From IMG/VR virus record IMGVR_UViG_3300042542_004852: DNA of 64,000 nucleotides. One strand, written 5' to 3'. The notes beneath the pieces were generated by a model. The model did not search any database. It saw only the letters and a list, made by a program, of their open reading frames with translations, and was not told where the DNA came from. Positions 1 to 9,195 of the stretch are shown here, piece by piece (the stretch's first letter is position 1; every line of letters begins with the position of its first letter). The position numbers and the translations under genes were made by a program. This DNA comes from a virus.

Positions 1-154
1 TGAGAATTTTCCAGCAGTGGCGCAAACGATGCCAAAAACTAAACCTATGTGTACCATAAGGTTCCCATATTGAAATATTTAGTTGTTCAAACTCTTCGTC
101 CCATTCGAGATGAAGTTCTTCGCTGTGGCAGGCGCATGGTAGAGTTTTATTCAT
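1..154 (-). CDS. hypothetical protein (partial, runs off window start)
   Basis: Manually translated MNKTLPCACHSEELHLEWDEE...; start overlaps the stop of the macrodomain gene. Confidence 0.6.
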   Translation of the reverse strand, partial: MNKTLPCACHSEELHLEWDEEFEQLNISIWEPYGTHRFSFWHRLRHCWKIL

Positions 155-659
155 GTTTGCAAATATAGACGTTTTTATGATTGTTTTCAAAGATTTGATG
201 GAGAATGTCTTGCACCGTTTCCCAATCAGCACCACCTAAGCCACAGCCAATTTTATATGGAATATAAATATCTTTTAAAGTGATTGGTACGTCTTCAACG
301 CCGAGAACACCAAAACTTACTGTCTCCATATCATTACCTAAAAAGATTCTATCTGCAATACTTGCAAACCCCCTAATTAATGCCGCATATTCTGTTTGTT
401 GTTTTCCTGTTCCAACGCCATATTGGCCAAATAGATTAGCAACAACGACATTATGCGCAACATTCACTTCAAACACACTACCCAACAGCATAATAGGTGA
501 CTTTTGACTTCGGACATGAGAGCGATATTCTCCTGCATTAACAGGCCATTTGCGCCCAATTGCACCAGCCAATCCACCAACTGCACCAATGCAATTAACA
601 GAGTGAACGATAACACCTTTATCTACTGTAAGGATGTCTTTATTGATTGTTGTAATCAT
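147..659 (-). CDS. macrodomain protein (ADP-ribose/ADP-ribosyl hydrolase, Poa1p/DarG-like)
   Basis: DILT..IVHSVNC.G..GGLAGAI, VANLFGQ and PYKIGCGLGGADW motifs. Confidence 0.85.
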   Translation of the reverse strand: MITTINKDILTVDKGVIVHSVNCIGAVGGLAGAIGRKWPVNAGEYRSHVRSQKSPIMLLGSVFEVNVAHNVVVANLFGQYGVGTGKQQTEYAALIRGFASIADRIFLGNDMETVSFGVLGVEDVPITLKDIYIPYKIGCGLGGADWETVQDILHQIFENNHKNVYICKHE

Positions 660-859
660 AATTCAATTAATTTTGGAAATGGATGTTTTTCGTTGAACTC
701 TTTTATTTTTAATACGATGTAGTTTGATGAGCCATATCGTTCTTTAATTTCTGGCAAATGCCAAGGAGTGAGACTCATGTGTTCCTCAAGTTTTTCTTGC
801 CAAACTTTTATTTTAGCATGATACATTTGTAATTCGTTATCTGTTAATTCGAATTTCAT
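656..859 (-). CDS. hypothetical protein
   Basis: ORF coupled to neighbours by 4-nt overlaps. Confidence 0.6.
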   Translation of the reverse strand: MKFELTDNELQMYHAKIKVWQEKLEEHMSLTPWHLPEIKERYGSSNYIVLKIKEFNEKHPFPKLIEL

Positions 860-1386
860 TCTTTACTATAGAGTTTATCCCACAATTTGTCAACTTCATT
901 TAGTGCATTTTTAGCAATGTCTGGCCACCCTGCCGCTCCATAATCCATATCAGCAATTTCTTTCAAAGCATTAAACATCACCGCCCATTGATCTTGGAAG
1001 CAATTATAATCTTTTAAATTAATTTCGCCGTATTTACAAACCACTGCTTCGCAGTTGATTGGTGGGCAGCAACCTGTTTCACCGCAGCTATTGCATTTGG
1101 CGCAGTATGGGGATTCTTCGCTATCAATTTGAGATTGAAGAGCGTCTTCTGGATAATTTTTTGGGTCGCAGATTAGCGGTTTAATTTCTTTACTATCGCT
1201 AAATTCCCCAATGATTTCACTTTCAAGAAAATAACAAATTTCAGTTGTGCTAGGAATTCTGAAACCATAAGCTAGTTCATCCACCACTTCTGTTTGACCT
1301 GTGCAAATACCTTCACCTGCATATCTGTTATAGTCGTATGGACCTTGACAGTTGAGCATGTATTTTTTGTCTTTAATTGGAATCAT
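856..1386 (-). CDS. hypothetical protein with Cys cluster
   Basis: CAKCNSCGETGCCPPINC. Confidence 0.65.
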   Translation of the reverse strand: MIPIKDKKYMLNCQGPYDYNRYAGEGICTGQTEVVDELAYGFRIPSTTEICYFLESEIIGEFSDSKEIKPLICDPKNYPEDALQSQIDSEESPYCAKCNSCGETGCCPPINCEAVVCKYGEINLKDYNCFQDQWAVMFNALKEIADMDYGAAGWPDIAKNALNEVDKLWDKLYSKE

Positions 1387-1397
1387 ATTATTTTATC

Positions 1398-1754
1398 TTA
1401 AGCTTGCTCTTTTTCTTGATTTTCAAATACATTTCCGATTATTTTAACAAATCTCATATCAAGATCAGCAAATGATTCATTGCCGCATAACCAGCTACAA
1501 AATCCCCATCTTACAATCTCTTTGTCTTCATCATTGAAAATAATGTCACCTTCGTAAATGTAATTTCCGTTTTTATCCTTCAATCCAGTGTATTGCTGGA
1601 TAACATAATCATTTTCTGGCAAAACATCATCATAACCGCCATGATAAACTAGACCCACCAAAGAGATTGCTAAGCGTTTATGTGAAGCATCCCATTCATA
1701 AATCCACTTTTTATTCTGTTTATCCCAGATTCGGAATTTTAGTTGTCTATTCAT
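1398..1754 (-). CDS. YopX family protein
   Basis: KFRIWD, QYTGLKDKNG..IYEGDI, IIGNVFEN. Confidence 0.9.
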   Translation of the reverse strand: MNRQLKFRIWDKQNKKWIYEWDASHKRLAISLVGLVYHGGYDDVLPENDYVIQQYTGLKDKNGNYIYEGDIIFNDEDKEIVRWGFCSWLCGNESFADLDMRFVKIIGNVFENQEKEQA

Positions 1755-1993
1755 TTGTTTTTAATTAGTTCAGGGTTTTGCATGATGTTACCAATAACTT
1801 CTACATCAATCCATGATGGATCATAATCAGGTGAAAATATACAAGCGTCTTTAGGTAGAAACTCTATAAGAGGATTTGATGCTAAAGAAAAACCCCCAAT
1901 AATAAAGTCAATAGGTCCAGTCACCATTCCAGCGTTACAAATATCACCTTCGTAGATTTCTTTTCCGTTTTTATCCTTCAATCCAGTGTATTG
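1564..1993. repeat. 32-bp exact direct repeat shared by the two yopX genes (1564-1595 and 1962-1993)
   Basis: TTTCCGTTTTTATCCTTCAATCCAGTGTATTG read at both positions. Confidence 0.85.
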
Positions 1994-2128
1994 TTGAATA
2001 GTGTATGGCTGATCTTGATACAAGTATTCAAGTTTTCCTGTTGAGTTAAAAACTTCTATACACGAAACATTGCCCCATTCTTTCGTATCGTGAAGCCAGA
2101 CTCGGAATTTTAGTTCTCTATTATTCAT
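1751..2128 (-). CDS. YopX family protein (tandem paralog)
   Basis: KFRVW, QYTGLKDKNGKEIYEGDI, EVIGNIMQNPEL. Confidence 0.9.
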   Translation of the reverse strand: MNNRELKFRVWLHDTKEWGNVSCIEVFNSTGKLEYLYQDQPYTIQQYTGLKDKNGKEIYEGDICNAGMVTGPIDFIIGGFSLASNPLIEFLPKDACIFSPDYDPSWIDVEVIGNIMQNPELIKNK

Positions 2129-2405
2129 TTATTTCCTCCTTTATTGGCCGTTCAAACATTGAGAGGTGAAAGAAATGATCACCTTCAATTTCCTCTAACC
2201 ATACAGCACACCATGAACTGTAAACTTCGCAATTACGAACAGTATAAGTTTCGCCAACCTTTAAGTTGTCTTTGGCGAATTGAATGATGTTGATGTAGTG
2301 CGGGTAGAATATTCCTTCGGCGTTTTCAAAACGAACTTTATCGCCGACGCTAGGCCATTCCCAGCTTCGGTATTTATATCGTTTTTTAAATTCTTCTTCA
2401 TTCAT
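2121..2405 (-). CDS. hypothetical protein
   Basis: ORF in coupled operon. Confidence 0.65.
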   Translation of the reverse strand: MNEEEFKKRYKYRSWEWPSVGDKVRFENAEGIFYPHYINIIQFAKDNLKVGETYTVRNCEVYSSWCAVWLEEIEGDHFFHLSMFERPIKEEINE

Positions 2406-2545
2406 CTTCCGAACGGATCAAAGTTTGACATTACATGTAGGAACAATGCTACTCCAAGTACAGTTGCTGTAAAAAAACCACCCCAATATGGACCACAAAA
2501 GAGCCAATCAGGGATTTCAATAGCTAATGCTAGTAGATTACTCAT
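2402..2545 (-). CDS. small membrane protein (47 aa, not in ORF track)
   Basis: MSNLLALAIEIPDWLFCGPYWGGFFTATVLGVALFLHVMSNFDPFGR; fills the gap, ATGA overlap with next gene. Confidence 0.6.
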   Translation of the reverse strand: MSNLLALAIEIPDWLFCGPYWGGFFTATVLGVALFLHVMSNFDPFGR

Positions 2546-2550
2546 AATAT

Positions 2551-2913
2551 TCATTTCTTTTTGGGTTTAGAGACAGTATATCCGAGGTTGCGAAGTTTTG
2601 CAACAAGAATATTTGCATCAAGACCCAGCTTTTCAACCAAAGTATCAATAGAGGTACTGTCATCTTCTCCGCTTGTATAATAGACATAATATTCAATATC
2701 CATGTCTAAAAAGTCTTGAATTTGTTCAGAAGATTCAACTTTTTCAATTTCTAATGCACCATCATCATCAAATTCATTAGAATGCACCTCATTTTTAAGC
2801 CAATCTAACACATCGTTCTGTGTATATTGTTCTTTGTCAGTATAAACAAGATATTTTAAATTGAGGTCAACTCTAAAAAGATTTTTTGTTTTTTTACTCA
2901 TAGTGTTCGTCAA
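2551..2913 (-). CDS. hypothetical protein
   Basis: ORF in operon. Confidence 0.6.
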   Translation of the reverse strand: MTNTMSKKTKNLFRVDLNLKYLVYTDKEQYTQNDVLDWLKNEVHSNEFDDDGALEIEKVESSEQIQDFLDMDIEYYVYYTSGEDDSTSIDTLVEKLGLDANILVAKLRNLGYTVSKPKKK

Positions 2914-3184
2914 GCTGATGTTCTAGTTTAGAGATTTTGCTATCCAAGAATGTAATGTATCCTCTCAGATTGTCAATAGCGTTTTTGTATTGATGTAGTT
3001 CTTCTTTGAGATGATCTATTTCACGGTCTTTTCTTTGAAGAGTCGTTTGGTGCAGGGGTTTTACCCTCAACTCTGCAAAAGCTTCTTTAGTGATTGTTTC
3101 AATGTTCGCATCCCATTTGTCTTGCTTGCTTGAGTATTCTTCAAGAGCTTTAACAACAATATCTTCTACATCTTTGTTTTTCAT
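2894..3184 (-). CDS. hypothetical coiled-coil protein
   Basis: ORF with heptad-like C-terminus. Confidence 0.6.
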   Translation of the reverse strand: MKNKDVEDIVVKALEEYSSKQDKWDANIETITKEAFAELRVKPLHQTTLQRKDREIDHLKEELHQYKNAIDNLRGYITFLDSKISKLEHQLDEHYE

Positions 3185-3187
3185 AAA

Positions 3188-3505
3188 TTATTCTCTCCAA
3201 TGTTTGTTTGGAACTCCTCTTTTATCTGCTACATATTGAAGAACACCATCATATCCACTTTCCCTGTACATGTCAAATAGTTTCGCAACATCACAGCTTG
3301 GTAAACTTTCTGCATCAGAAGCAGGTGCAAAATAATCGTTGACGTTGATGTAAAGGTTTATGGTGCCATCTCCATAATCATTGCCAGAAAACAAGACGCC
3401 CTTGTCTAAGAGAAAGGCAAGCATGTCTTCTTCGTTTGGCACTTTTTCACCATTTATATCAAAATAGTAATTGCGTTCGATTGTGACTATTTCTGAATAT
3501 TCCAT
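3188..3505 (-). CDS. hypothetical protein
   Basis: ORF in operon. Confidence 0.65.
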   Translation of the reverse strand: MEYSEIVTIERNYYFDINGEKVPNEEDMLAFLLDKGVLFSGNDYGDGTINLYINVNDYFAPASDAESLPSCDVAKLFDMYRESGYDGVLQYVADKRGVPNKHWRE

Positions 3506-3507
3506 AA

Positions 3508-3720
3508 TTATAGACTTTTAATTTCTGTGGAGAATGTTTCGGCCATTTTCTTGTATAGCTTTTCTTCTTCTGTTTCTAGCATGTTTGTTAGATAGCGAAG
3601 AATGTGGTATTTTTGTTCGCAGCTAAAAGGAACTGGCTCTTCGTACATAGAATGTGTTGGATAATCCAAGCGTTCCATGACTTGATTAAATAAGTATTGA
3701 GCTTCTGGAACGAGTTTCAT
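3508..3720 (-). CDS. hypothetical protein
   Basis: ORF in operon. Confidence 0.6.
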   Translation of the reverse strand: MKLVPEAQYLFNQVMERLDYPTHSMYEEPVPFSCEQKYHILRYLTNMLETEEEKLYKKMAETFSTEIKSL

Positions 3721-3727
3721 TTATTTT

Positions 3728-4120
3728 TTATTTAGTTAAAAGAGCTTCAACAATCTTTTCAGCGTTTTCATGAAAAGATGGGTAATAAATTGTATTAAAT
3801 TCTTTGCCGTGTTTGTCAATAAACCACTGCCAATCCTTGCGAGCTTGTTCACTCATTGGAACTCCTTCTTTAGGCTTAGCTTCACTAGCTTCACGAATAA
3901 TATCCATAACCTCATCTTGTTTATCTTTTGCAGCAGCAAGAATTTCAGCTTTGTGGGGATAAACAATAGAACGAATTGTTTTAGAACCAGGAGCTACTTT
4001 TATAAGCCACCAGCCATCTTGCAATCCATCCAATGCCCAAGGATCGTTGTGCTCGATGTATTTTTTGCCGACTTTTTTATAGAGTTGAGTTTTGTGAGAA
4101 ATTCGTGCGAGAGCGTTCAT
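3728..4120 (-). CDS. hypothetical protein
   Basis: ORF in operon. Confidence 0.65.
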   Translation of the reverse strand: MNALARISHKTQLYKKVGKKYIEHNDPWALDGLQDGWWLIKVAPGSKTIRSIVYPHKAEILAAAKDKQDEVMDIIREASEAKPKEGVPMSEQARKDWQWFIDKHGKEFNTIYYPSFHENAEKIVEALLTK

Positions 4121-4290
4121 GTGGCAAGTAATTGTTTGAGTTCTTTTATGATGTCTTCTAACTTGCTCATTTTACCCTTTTGCATGTAAAAGTCAACCTC
4201 ATTTTCAACAAATGTATAACCATCTTCCCACTCTGCCAAGTCGCCTTCGTAAGATGAAATTAGTTCTTTTAGTTTTGTTTTTAAATCCAT
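4117..4290 (-). CDS. hypothetical protein
   Basis: Likely start at MDLKTK (4290), just after the upstream stop. Confidence 0.55.
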   Translation of the reverse strand: MDLKTKLKELISSYEGDLAEWEDGYTFVENEVDFYMQKGKMSKLEDIIKELKQLLAT

Positions 4291-4292
4291 AT

Positions 4293-4655
4293 TTAAATCT
4301 TCCAAGTGGTTGTTGATACATAGTCTCCACATTGATTGCATGGATATTCGTCGCTTTCAAATTCATCGTATGGAAACACTTCAACCAAATCAGTAAGCGA
4401 GCGACAACCATTTTTGATTTGTTCGTTGAGCCTAAGGCATAGAAAGACAAAAATCTGTTCCTGCCCTTCTGGGGAGATTTCTTGCAAGTCTTTGCCATCA
4501 AAAGTCCAGCCATGAGATGTACAACCATCTGTTTTAATGATTTTCATAGGAGAGGTAATTGTTTTTTTTGTTTTAGAAAAAATTTTATCGTAGTTTTCCC
4601 AATAAGACGGAAGATTTGCGCCTTTGCGTAGTGTTGATCCTTTACCTGCTGACAT
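4293..4655 (-). CDS. hypothetical protein with C-terminal CxxC
   Basis: PCNQCGD. Confidence 0.6.
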   Translation of the reverse strand: MSAGKGSTLRKGANLPSYWENYDKIFSKTKKTITSPMKIIKTDGCTSHGWTFDGKDLQEISPEGQEQIFVFLCLRLNEQIKNGCRSLTDLVEVFPYDEFESDEYPCNQCGDYVSTTTWKI

Positions 4656-4664
4656 TTTTTTTAT

Positions 4665-5261
4665 TTATTTAACTGTTTTATAACCTTGATAGGGCTGCTG
4701 CCCAAGAACGTTGGGTGATAAGGTTTTATACCAAGAACCTCTCACGCAAACCTCGCCTTCTTCGCCAGAAACTTCGCAAGTTCTTTTGCAAAGATATTCG
4801 GCGAAACTAATCATCCCTTGGATTTCTCTGTCTCCGCCAGAAACATAGAAACGAAGTTCTGCAAATTTTTCTTTGATTTGGTCGATTTTTACTTGTGGCG
4901 GATAGATTTTTTTCCATTTTGTATATTTATTCGCTCTGCCAAAAACATTACGAAGAAGTTTACAAAATGATTTATTTAGTTCGATGTCTTTTAGCTTTGG
5001 AAAACGCTTCATGAGCCAAGGATGAATTCTACTAAGGAACAAATACAAGTAATGCCAAGTGTAGTATTTTTTAGAAATGATCTCTTTTTCTGTGCGATAT
5101 GTGAGGGTTAAGTAATCCTTAATTGCGCCACAAAGATCATCAACGATTTTCTCCCAGCCTTGAGGAACCCAAATTCCGCATGGGCACTCTGTTTCTCCAA
5201 GTTCGTTCTTGTAAAACAAGCTTGGGTATTTGTTCATTAAACGTGTTGAGAAATCTTCCAT
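4665..5261 (-). CDS. conserved-looking phage hypothetical protein
   Basis: QIKEKFAELRFY and TCEVSG motifs. Confidence 0.7.
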   Translation of the reverse strand: MEDFSTRLMNKYPSLFYKNELGETECPCGIWVPQGWEKIVDDLCGAIKDYLTLTYRTEKEIISKKYYTWHYLYLFLSRIHPWLMKRFPKLKDIELNKSFCKLLRNVFGRANKYTKWKKIYPPQVKIDQIKEKFAELRFYVSGGDREIQGMISFAEYLCKRTCEVSGEEGEVCVRGSWYKTLSPNVLGQQPYQGYKTVK

Positions 5262-5262
5262 A

Positions 5263-5823
5263 TTAAAGTTTGTATGAAATTAGCCGAATATAATCGCCGA
5301 GATTAATAATCTTGCGTGAGACTAGACCTAAAAAATTGCCAAAAGCTCTCTGCATTTTACCCCTAAAGGTTTTTCCAAATTTAATGGATTCTGATAATTC
5401 TTTTTGAAATTTTGCTAAGCGCTCTAATCTTTCTGCTGAATTCGTCTCTTCATATTTTACTAGAGAGGTTTTTTGCAAAACTCCATCAATAAATACAAAA
5501 TCCATTTCAATCCAAATATCAACTGTTTCGGACTGTAAAGAGTCGTAAGCATTAATTGTGCAGGTTTTATTGTATGGAATTTTTTCTTTTGAAATCGGTT
5601 CCAAGAAGCCTCCAAAAGGGCCGTTTTCCTCAACCCATCTTTTTTCGACTTTCTCCTCAAAAAGCTTACCTTCTTCAATAAAGAAATTTGACAATAAACA
5701 GTCAAAATCTTTGGTTTGCCAACCAAGTTCGTTTTCACCCAAAAGGGTTAAATATTTGTCAACTTTGGGGTCCGTTCCTTGAATAACGGATTTGTTAAAA
5801 ATGATAGTGTCAAAAAGGCCCAT
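5263..5823 (-). CDS. conserved-looking phage hypothetical protein
   Basis: MGLFDTI and WQTKDFDC motifs. Confidence 0.7.
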   Translation of the reverse strand: MGLFDTIIFNKSVIQGTDPKVDKYLTLLGENELGWQTKDFDCLLSNFFIEEGKLFEEKVEKRWVEENGPFGGFLEPISKEKIPYNKTCTINAYDSLQSETVDIWIEMDFVFIDGVLQKTSLVKYEETNSAERLERLAKFQKELSESIKFGKTFRGKMQRAFGNFLGLVSRKIINLGDYIRLISYKL

Positions 5824-5831
5824 TTTTTTTA

Positions 5832-6032
5832 TTAGTTAAAGTTTGGTTCACGCAGAAGATTTTCGATCTTTTTAATGTTGTCAATGATAGCATCGTCACT
5901 CATTGCAATGCGACCATAATAAATTCCTAAACAAGGAGAGTAAAATTGCTCATAGTATTCCTTTTTCTTTCTCATGATTTCGAGATCGGTTTGTAATTGA
6001 CTGATTTGGTCTTTGAGTATTTGTTCGTCCAT
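5832..6032 (-). CDS. hypothetical protein
   Basis: ORF in operon. Confidence 0.55.
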   Translation of the reverse strand: MDEQILKDQISQLQTDLEIMRKKKEYYEQFYSPCLGIYYGRIAMSDDAIIDNIKKIENLLREPNFN

Positions 6033-6033
6033 A

Positions 6034-6189
6034 TTAATCTATAAAATAGAAATTAGAAATTGTGACTGGAATGCTATAGCGGTCTTTTGTTCCGTCTGGA
6101 ATGAAGATTTCGTTTGTTTCATCTAGCCAACCAGTTTGGCCGTAATTAATGTCTCTTTCGTTTTTGCCAGTGTAAACAGCGCGTCTCAT
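6034..6189 (-). CDS. hypothetical protein
   Basis: Likely start MRRAVY at 6189. Confidence 0.5.
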   Translation of the reverse strand: MRRAVYTGKNERDINYGQTGWLDETNEIFIPDGTKDRYSIPVTISNFYFID

Positions 6190-6190
6190 T

Positions 6191-6277
6191 TTATCGTTTA
6201 AAAATAGTTGTAAAAAATGGTTCTTTAACAGAAAGAGCAGCAATTAACATAATGATAAAACAGATGATGGTGTCCAT
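6191..6277 (-). CDS. 28-aa hydrophobic peptide (not in ORF track)
   Basis: MDTIICFIIMLIAALSVKEPFFTTIFKR; ATG lies 5 nt after a -10 box. Confidence 0.45.
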   Translation of the reverse strand: MDTIICFIIMLIAALSVKEPFFTTIFKR

Positions 6278-6282
6278 TCTTT

Positions 6283-6310
6283 AATGTAGCTCTCTTTTGG
6301 AGAGAGTCAA
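6283..6310 (-). promoter_or_regulatory. sigma70-type promoter, leaderless
   Basis: TTGACT-N16-TACATT-N5-ATG. Confidence 0.55.
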
Positions 6311-7125
6311 ATGTTTTGATAAGGTTTTTCGCGAAACCATTTTGTCAAAATAAACTTTTCGCCCTCTTCGACTGGCATGCCCCAATGCTTTGATTCGGGA
6401 ATGTTAGAACCGTCTTTGGTGTTTTGCCACAAAATCATTGTGCCAGTTTCGGGTTTTGTTTCTAAATCTATTTCTGTGAATTTAGTGTGTCCACCCTTGG
6501 GAGTGTCATTCAAGTAGATCATAGCAGTCCAAGTGCGGTTTCCATGTAGTTCCAACTCTCGTCTTTGTTGTTCTGTCAAAGGAAAGAAAGAATCAAAATG
6601 AGGTTTGAATTGCTCACCAACTTTATAATATTGGCCCTGAATTTGCTCACCGTATTTTTCTGGGATATTAATAATTTTTAAAATCTCATCTTCGATTTCA
6701 TCAATCACAGGATCAGACTTGCGAAACAAATGAGCAGTCGAGCTTGTGCGAAAGTCAGAAATTTTGTTACCACCATTGTCATAATCAATGACAGAAGATT
6801 TTTGACAGCGATTCCTGATGACTTGAATCATGCGAACGCACTGGTCTTCTGTTAGGGCGTTTTTGATTTTAAAGATATTTAATTTATCAGACAGCTTTTC
6901 TGCGCCAAATTTAGTTGTTAAATTCTCGATTTCAAGAGCAGGGGGCGCGTCTTTAATTTTTTCAAGAATGTCTGGCATGGAGAATTCTGTGATAATCAAG
7001 CTTTCATCAAAGCCTTTTTCAAGTAAAATCTGTGCTAATTCTCGTTTTTGAGAACCTCTACGAACATTATCCCAAATCCAAAACTTCCAAGAATCGTCAA
7101 AGCTAGTCTTTTTCATATTAAACAT
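6307..7125 (-). CDS. prolyl 4-hydroxylase-like 2OG-Fe(II) oxygenase
   Basis: RTSSTA, Y..GEQFKPHFD, RTWTAMIYLND, GGHTKF, HWGMPVEEGEK..LTKWFRE. Confidence 0.9.
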   Translation of the reverse strand: MFNMKKTSFDDSWKFWIWDNVRRGSQKRELAQILLEKGFDESLIITEFSMPDILEKIKDAPPALEIENLTTKFGAEKLSDKLNIFKIKNALTEDQCVRMIQVIRNRCQKSSVIDYDNGGNKISDFRTSSTAHLFRKSDPVIDEIEDEILKIINIPEKYGEQIQGQYYKVGEQFKPHFDSFFPLTEQQRRELELHGNRTWTAMIYLNDTPKGGHTKFTEIDLETKPETGTMILWQNTKDGSNIPESKHWGMPVEEGEKFILTKWFREKPYQNI

Positions 7126-7151
7126 ACGATGCTAAAGGTGTAAGTATTACT

Positions 7152-7850
7152 GTGAAAATAGATAAGAAAGCTCGCTCTATTTTAAACTCTTTTCCAAAAG
7201 ATGTTCAAGACTATTTTCAAGAAATCAGCGAAAAATGTAAAAAACACCAAGTCAAATTTCGCGTGTCAAGTGGATGCAAAGTGTATTCTGGTAGTGGAAG
7301 TTGCGGCGGTTTCTTTTCCGACTCTCATAAAGAACTTGCAATTGCAATCAACAGCCCTTTAAAATGGGTGATTGCTATTCTTGTTCATGAGGATTCTCAT
7401 TTTGACCAGTGGCTCAATCACCAATCAGATTGGCACGATCCAAAAGTTTCCCGCAATATAACTTATTTTTTTGATTGGCTATCGAAAACAAAAAATATTA
7501 AAGACCCAACAGAGAGCGTCAAATCTGTGATCTCTCTTGAGTCTGACTGCGAAAGACGGTCCATTAAAAAAATAAAAAAGAGATGGTCGCACATTATTTC
7601 GCCAGAAAATTACGCTCAGTCTGCTAATGCTTACATGTTTTCCTACTTGTATATGGCTTATTCGCGCAAGTGGATTTCTAAAAGCGTAAATATTTATAGC
7701 AAATGTTTTTACAGGAATTTCCCGCAAAAAATCCTTGGTAAGTTTGAAGGGTTATCGGAAAAATATTTCGAACTCTTTAGCAAAAATGATAAAAATGCAA
7801 GGGCGGCTCCAAATAGAGCCGCCCTGCGTCCTACAAACCGAAGTCTATAA
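7152..7850 (+). CDS. putative zinc metallopeptidase (HExxH)
   Basis: ILVHEDSHFDQW with downstream LESDCE; GTG start 8 nt after GTGTAA. Confidence 0.55.
   Translation: MKIDKKARSILNSFPKDVQDYFQEISEKCKKHQVKFRVSSGCKVYSGSGSCGGFFSDSHKELAIAINSPLKWVIAILVHEDSHFDQWLNHQSDWHDPKVSRNITYFFDWLSKTKNIKDPTESVKSVISLESDCERRSIKKIKKRWSHIISPENYAQSANAYMFSYLYMAYSRKWISKSVNIYSKCFYRNFPQKILGKFEGLSEKYFELFSKNDKNARAAPNRAALRPTNRSL
7791..7827 (-). terminator. rho-independent terminator after the holin-like gene
   Basis: Minus strand AGGGCGGCTC-TATTTG-GAGCCGCCCT stem-loop followed by TGCATTTTT. Confidence 0.75.
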
Positions 7851-7858
7851 GAGGGGTA

Positions 7859-8038
7859 TTATTTATCTTTGGCCTTGCCAACATTGAGAGCTAGCCAATC
7901 CACAATCTTGTAGAGTTTGCCAACCCAATTGTTGTCTTTGGGAGTAGGTGTGAGTGCAGCAATAGCGGAAGCTGCTGCGACAACAGCAGTAACAGCGTGA
8001 ACAAGATCAAGTTGATGAGTGAGAATCCAAGTAATCAT
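7859..8038 (-). CDS. small holin-like membrane protein (59 aa, not in ORF track)
   Basis: MITWILTHQLDLVHAVTAVVAAASAIAALTPTPKDNNWVGKLYKIVDWLALNVGKAKDK: TM helix, TPTPKD turn, basic amphipathic tail. Confidence 0.7.
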   Translation of the reverse strand: MITWILTHQLDLVHAVTAVVAAASAIAALTPTPKDNNWVGKLYKIVDWLALNVGKAKDK

Positions 8039-8039
8039 A

Positions 8040-8531
8040 CTACTCTTTACACTTTTGATCGAGCCAAAAATTTACTATTTTTAGGAATGATTTATCTGAT
8101 CTTTTTTCGCATAATTCTTTGATCTTTTTTAAGTGATCGCGTGAGCAATCTTTGAGCATCACAAAAGAAATGGGTTCATCGCCATTAATTCCAAGCGTTC
8201 CCCAGATAGAGTTTTCAGCTTGCCACTCAAAACTTTGAGTGTTTGGGAATTCTTCGGGGCTTAGAATTTTTACTTCATTATAATTCCAAACTCCGTATTT
8301 TCTTTTTTCGCCGAAATTTTCCCTCCAATCATTGTAGAGTTCTGCAAAAGTTTGTGGAACCTCAAACCAAATTTTTGCTCCCCAAAATCTACCATAAGGT
8401 TCTGAATCTCCAATATTAGGCTGACCACCATCAGCCATGATATAGTCTTCTCCCTCTCCTACTGTAATGTAGTCATAGCGAGCGACAGATGCGACAATCT
8501 GTTTGTAGTTCGTGAAGCCTTTTAGTTTCAT
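8040..8531 (-). CDS. hypothetical protein
   Basis: Likely start MKLKGF at 8531; ADGG and WGT.G..GD motifs. Confidence 0.65.
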   Translation of the reverse strand: MKLKGFTNYKQIVASVARYDYITVGEGEDYIMADGGQPNIGDSEPYGRFWGAKIWFEVPQTFAELYNDWRENFGEKRKYGVWNYNEVKILSPEEFPNTQSFEWQAENSIWGTLGINGDEPISFVMLKDCSRDHLKKIKELCEKRSDKSFLKIVNFWLDQKCKE

Positions 8532-8532
8532 A

Positions 8533-9177
8533 TTAATATCCAAAAGCGTCAAGTGTGTATTTGAAGGGATTGCCTTCAATGTTTTTAACGAGGTCGAGCA
8601 TATTAGCGACTAACTCTCTAGTTTCTTGTTGAGCATCTTTTTTTAGGCGAAGACTGCACAGGTGAATAAAAGCTTGTAAGCTGCCAGTCCAGATAAATTT
8701 GGTTTCTAGTGCAAGAGGAAGATGAATTCTGCATTGTTCTTTAGCGATGCCAAATTCACTCATTTCATTGTAAACTTTCTGAGCTTGTTCAATTACAGAA
8801 CGCATCTTAGAAAGAAAATATTCATTTTTATCTTCGGGAATGTCGCCAGCACTTCCTTGTTTACTGTCTTGAGATTGAAAACGAAGTTTTTCAGGAAGCC
8901 AGTAAGAGTCAGAAAAATCTACATATCTGCCGCTAATGCTATTACGCGCCCATCCAATTTGATGAGTAAATAATTGACGTTCTACAAAAATAGGACACTC
9001 AATTCTAAATTGAAGTTGTGGGTGTCTAAAAGGAGAAGTGTGCCCATGTTTGGCAAGAAAATTAATAAGCTTTGCATCTTTTTCTCCAAGCTCTGCGCTC
9101 TCTTTGTTATAGGAAACTCTAGCGATATTTGCGATCATTAGATCGCTGCCGAAATGATTAAGTAATTCTGCTTTCAT
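8533..9177 (-). CDS. thyX: FAD-dependent thymidylate synthase
   Basis: ARVSY, HTSPF, PIFVERQLF.H, SGRYV, LRL..AQ.ETR. Confidence 0.95.
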   Translation of the reverse strand: MKAELLNHFGSDLMIANIARVSYNKESAELGEKDAKLINFLAKHGHTSPFRHPQLQFRIECPIFVERQLFTHQIGWARNSISGRYVDFSDSYWLPEKLRFQSQDSKQGSAGDIPEDKNEYFLSKMRSVIEQAQKVYNEMSEFGIAKEQCRIHLPLALETKFIWTGSLQAFIHLCSLRLKKDAQQETRELVANMLDLVKNIEGNPFKYTLDAFGY

Positions 9178-9195
9178 TTATTTTGATTTCTACAA

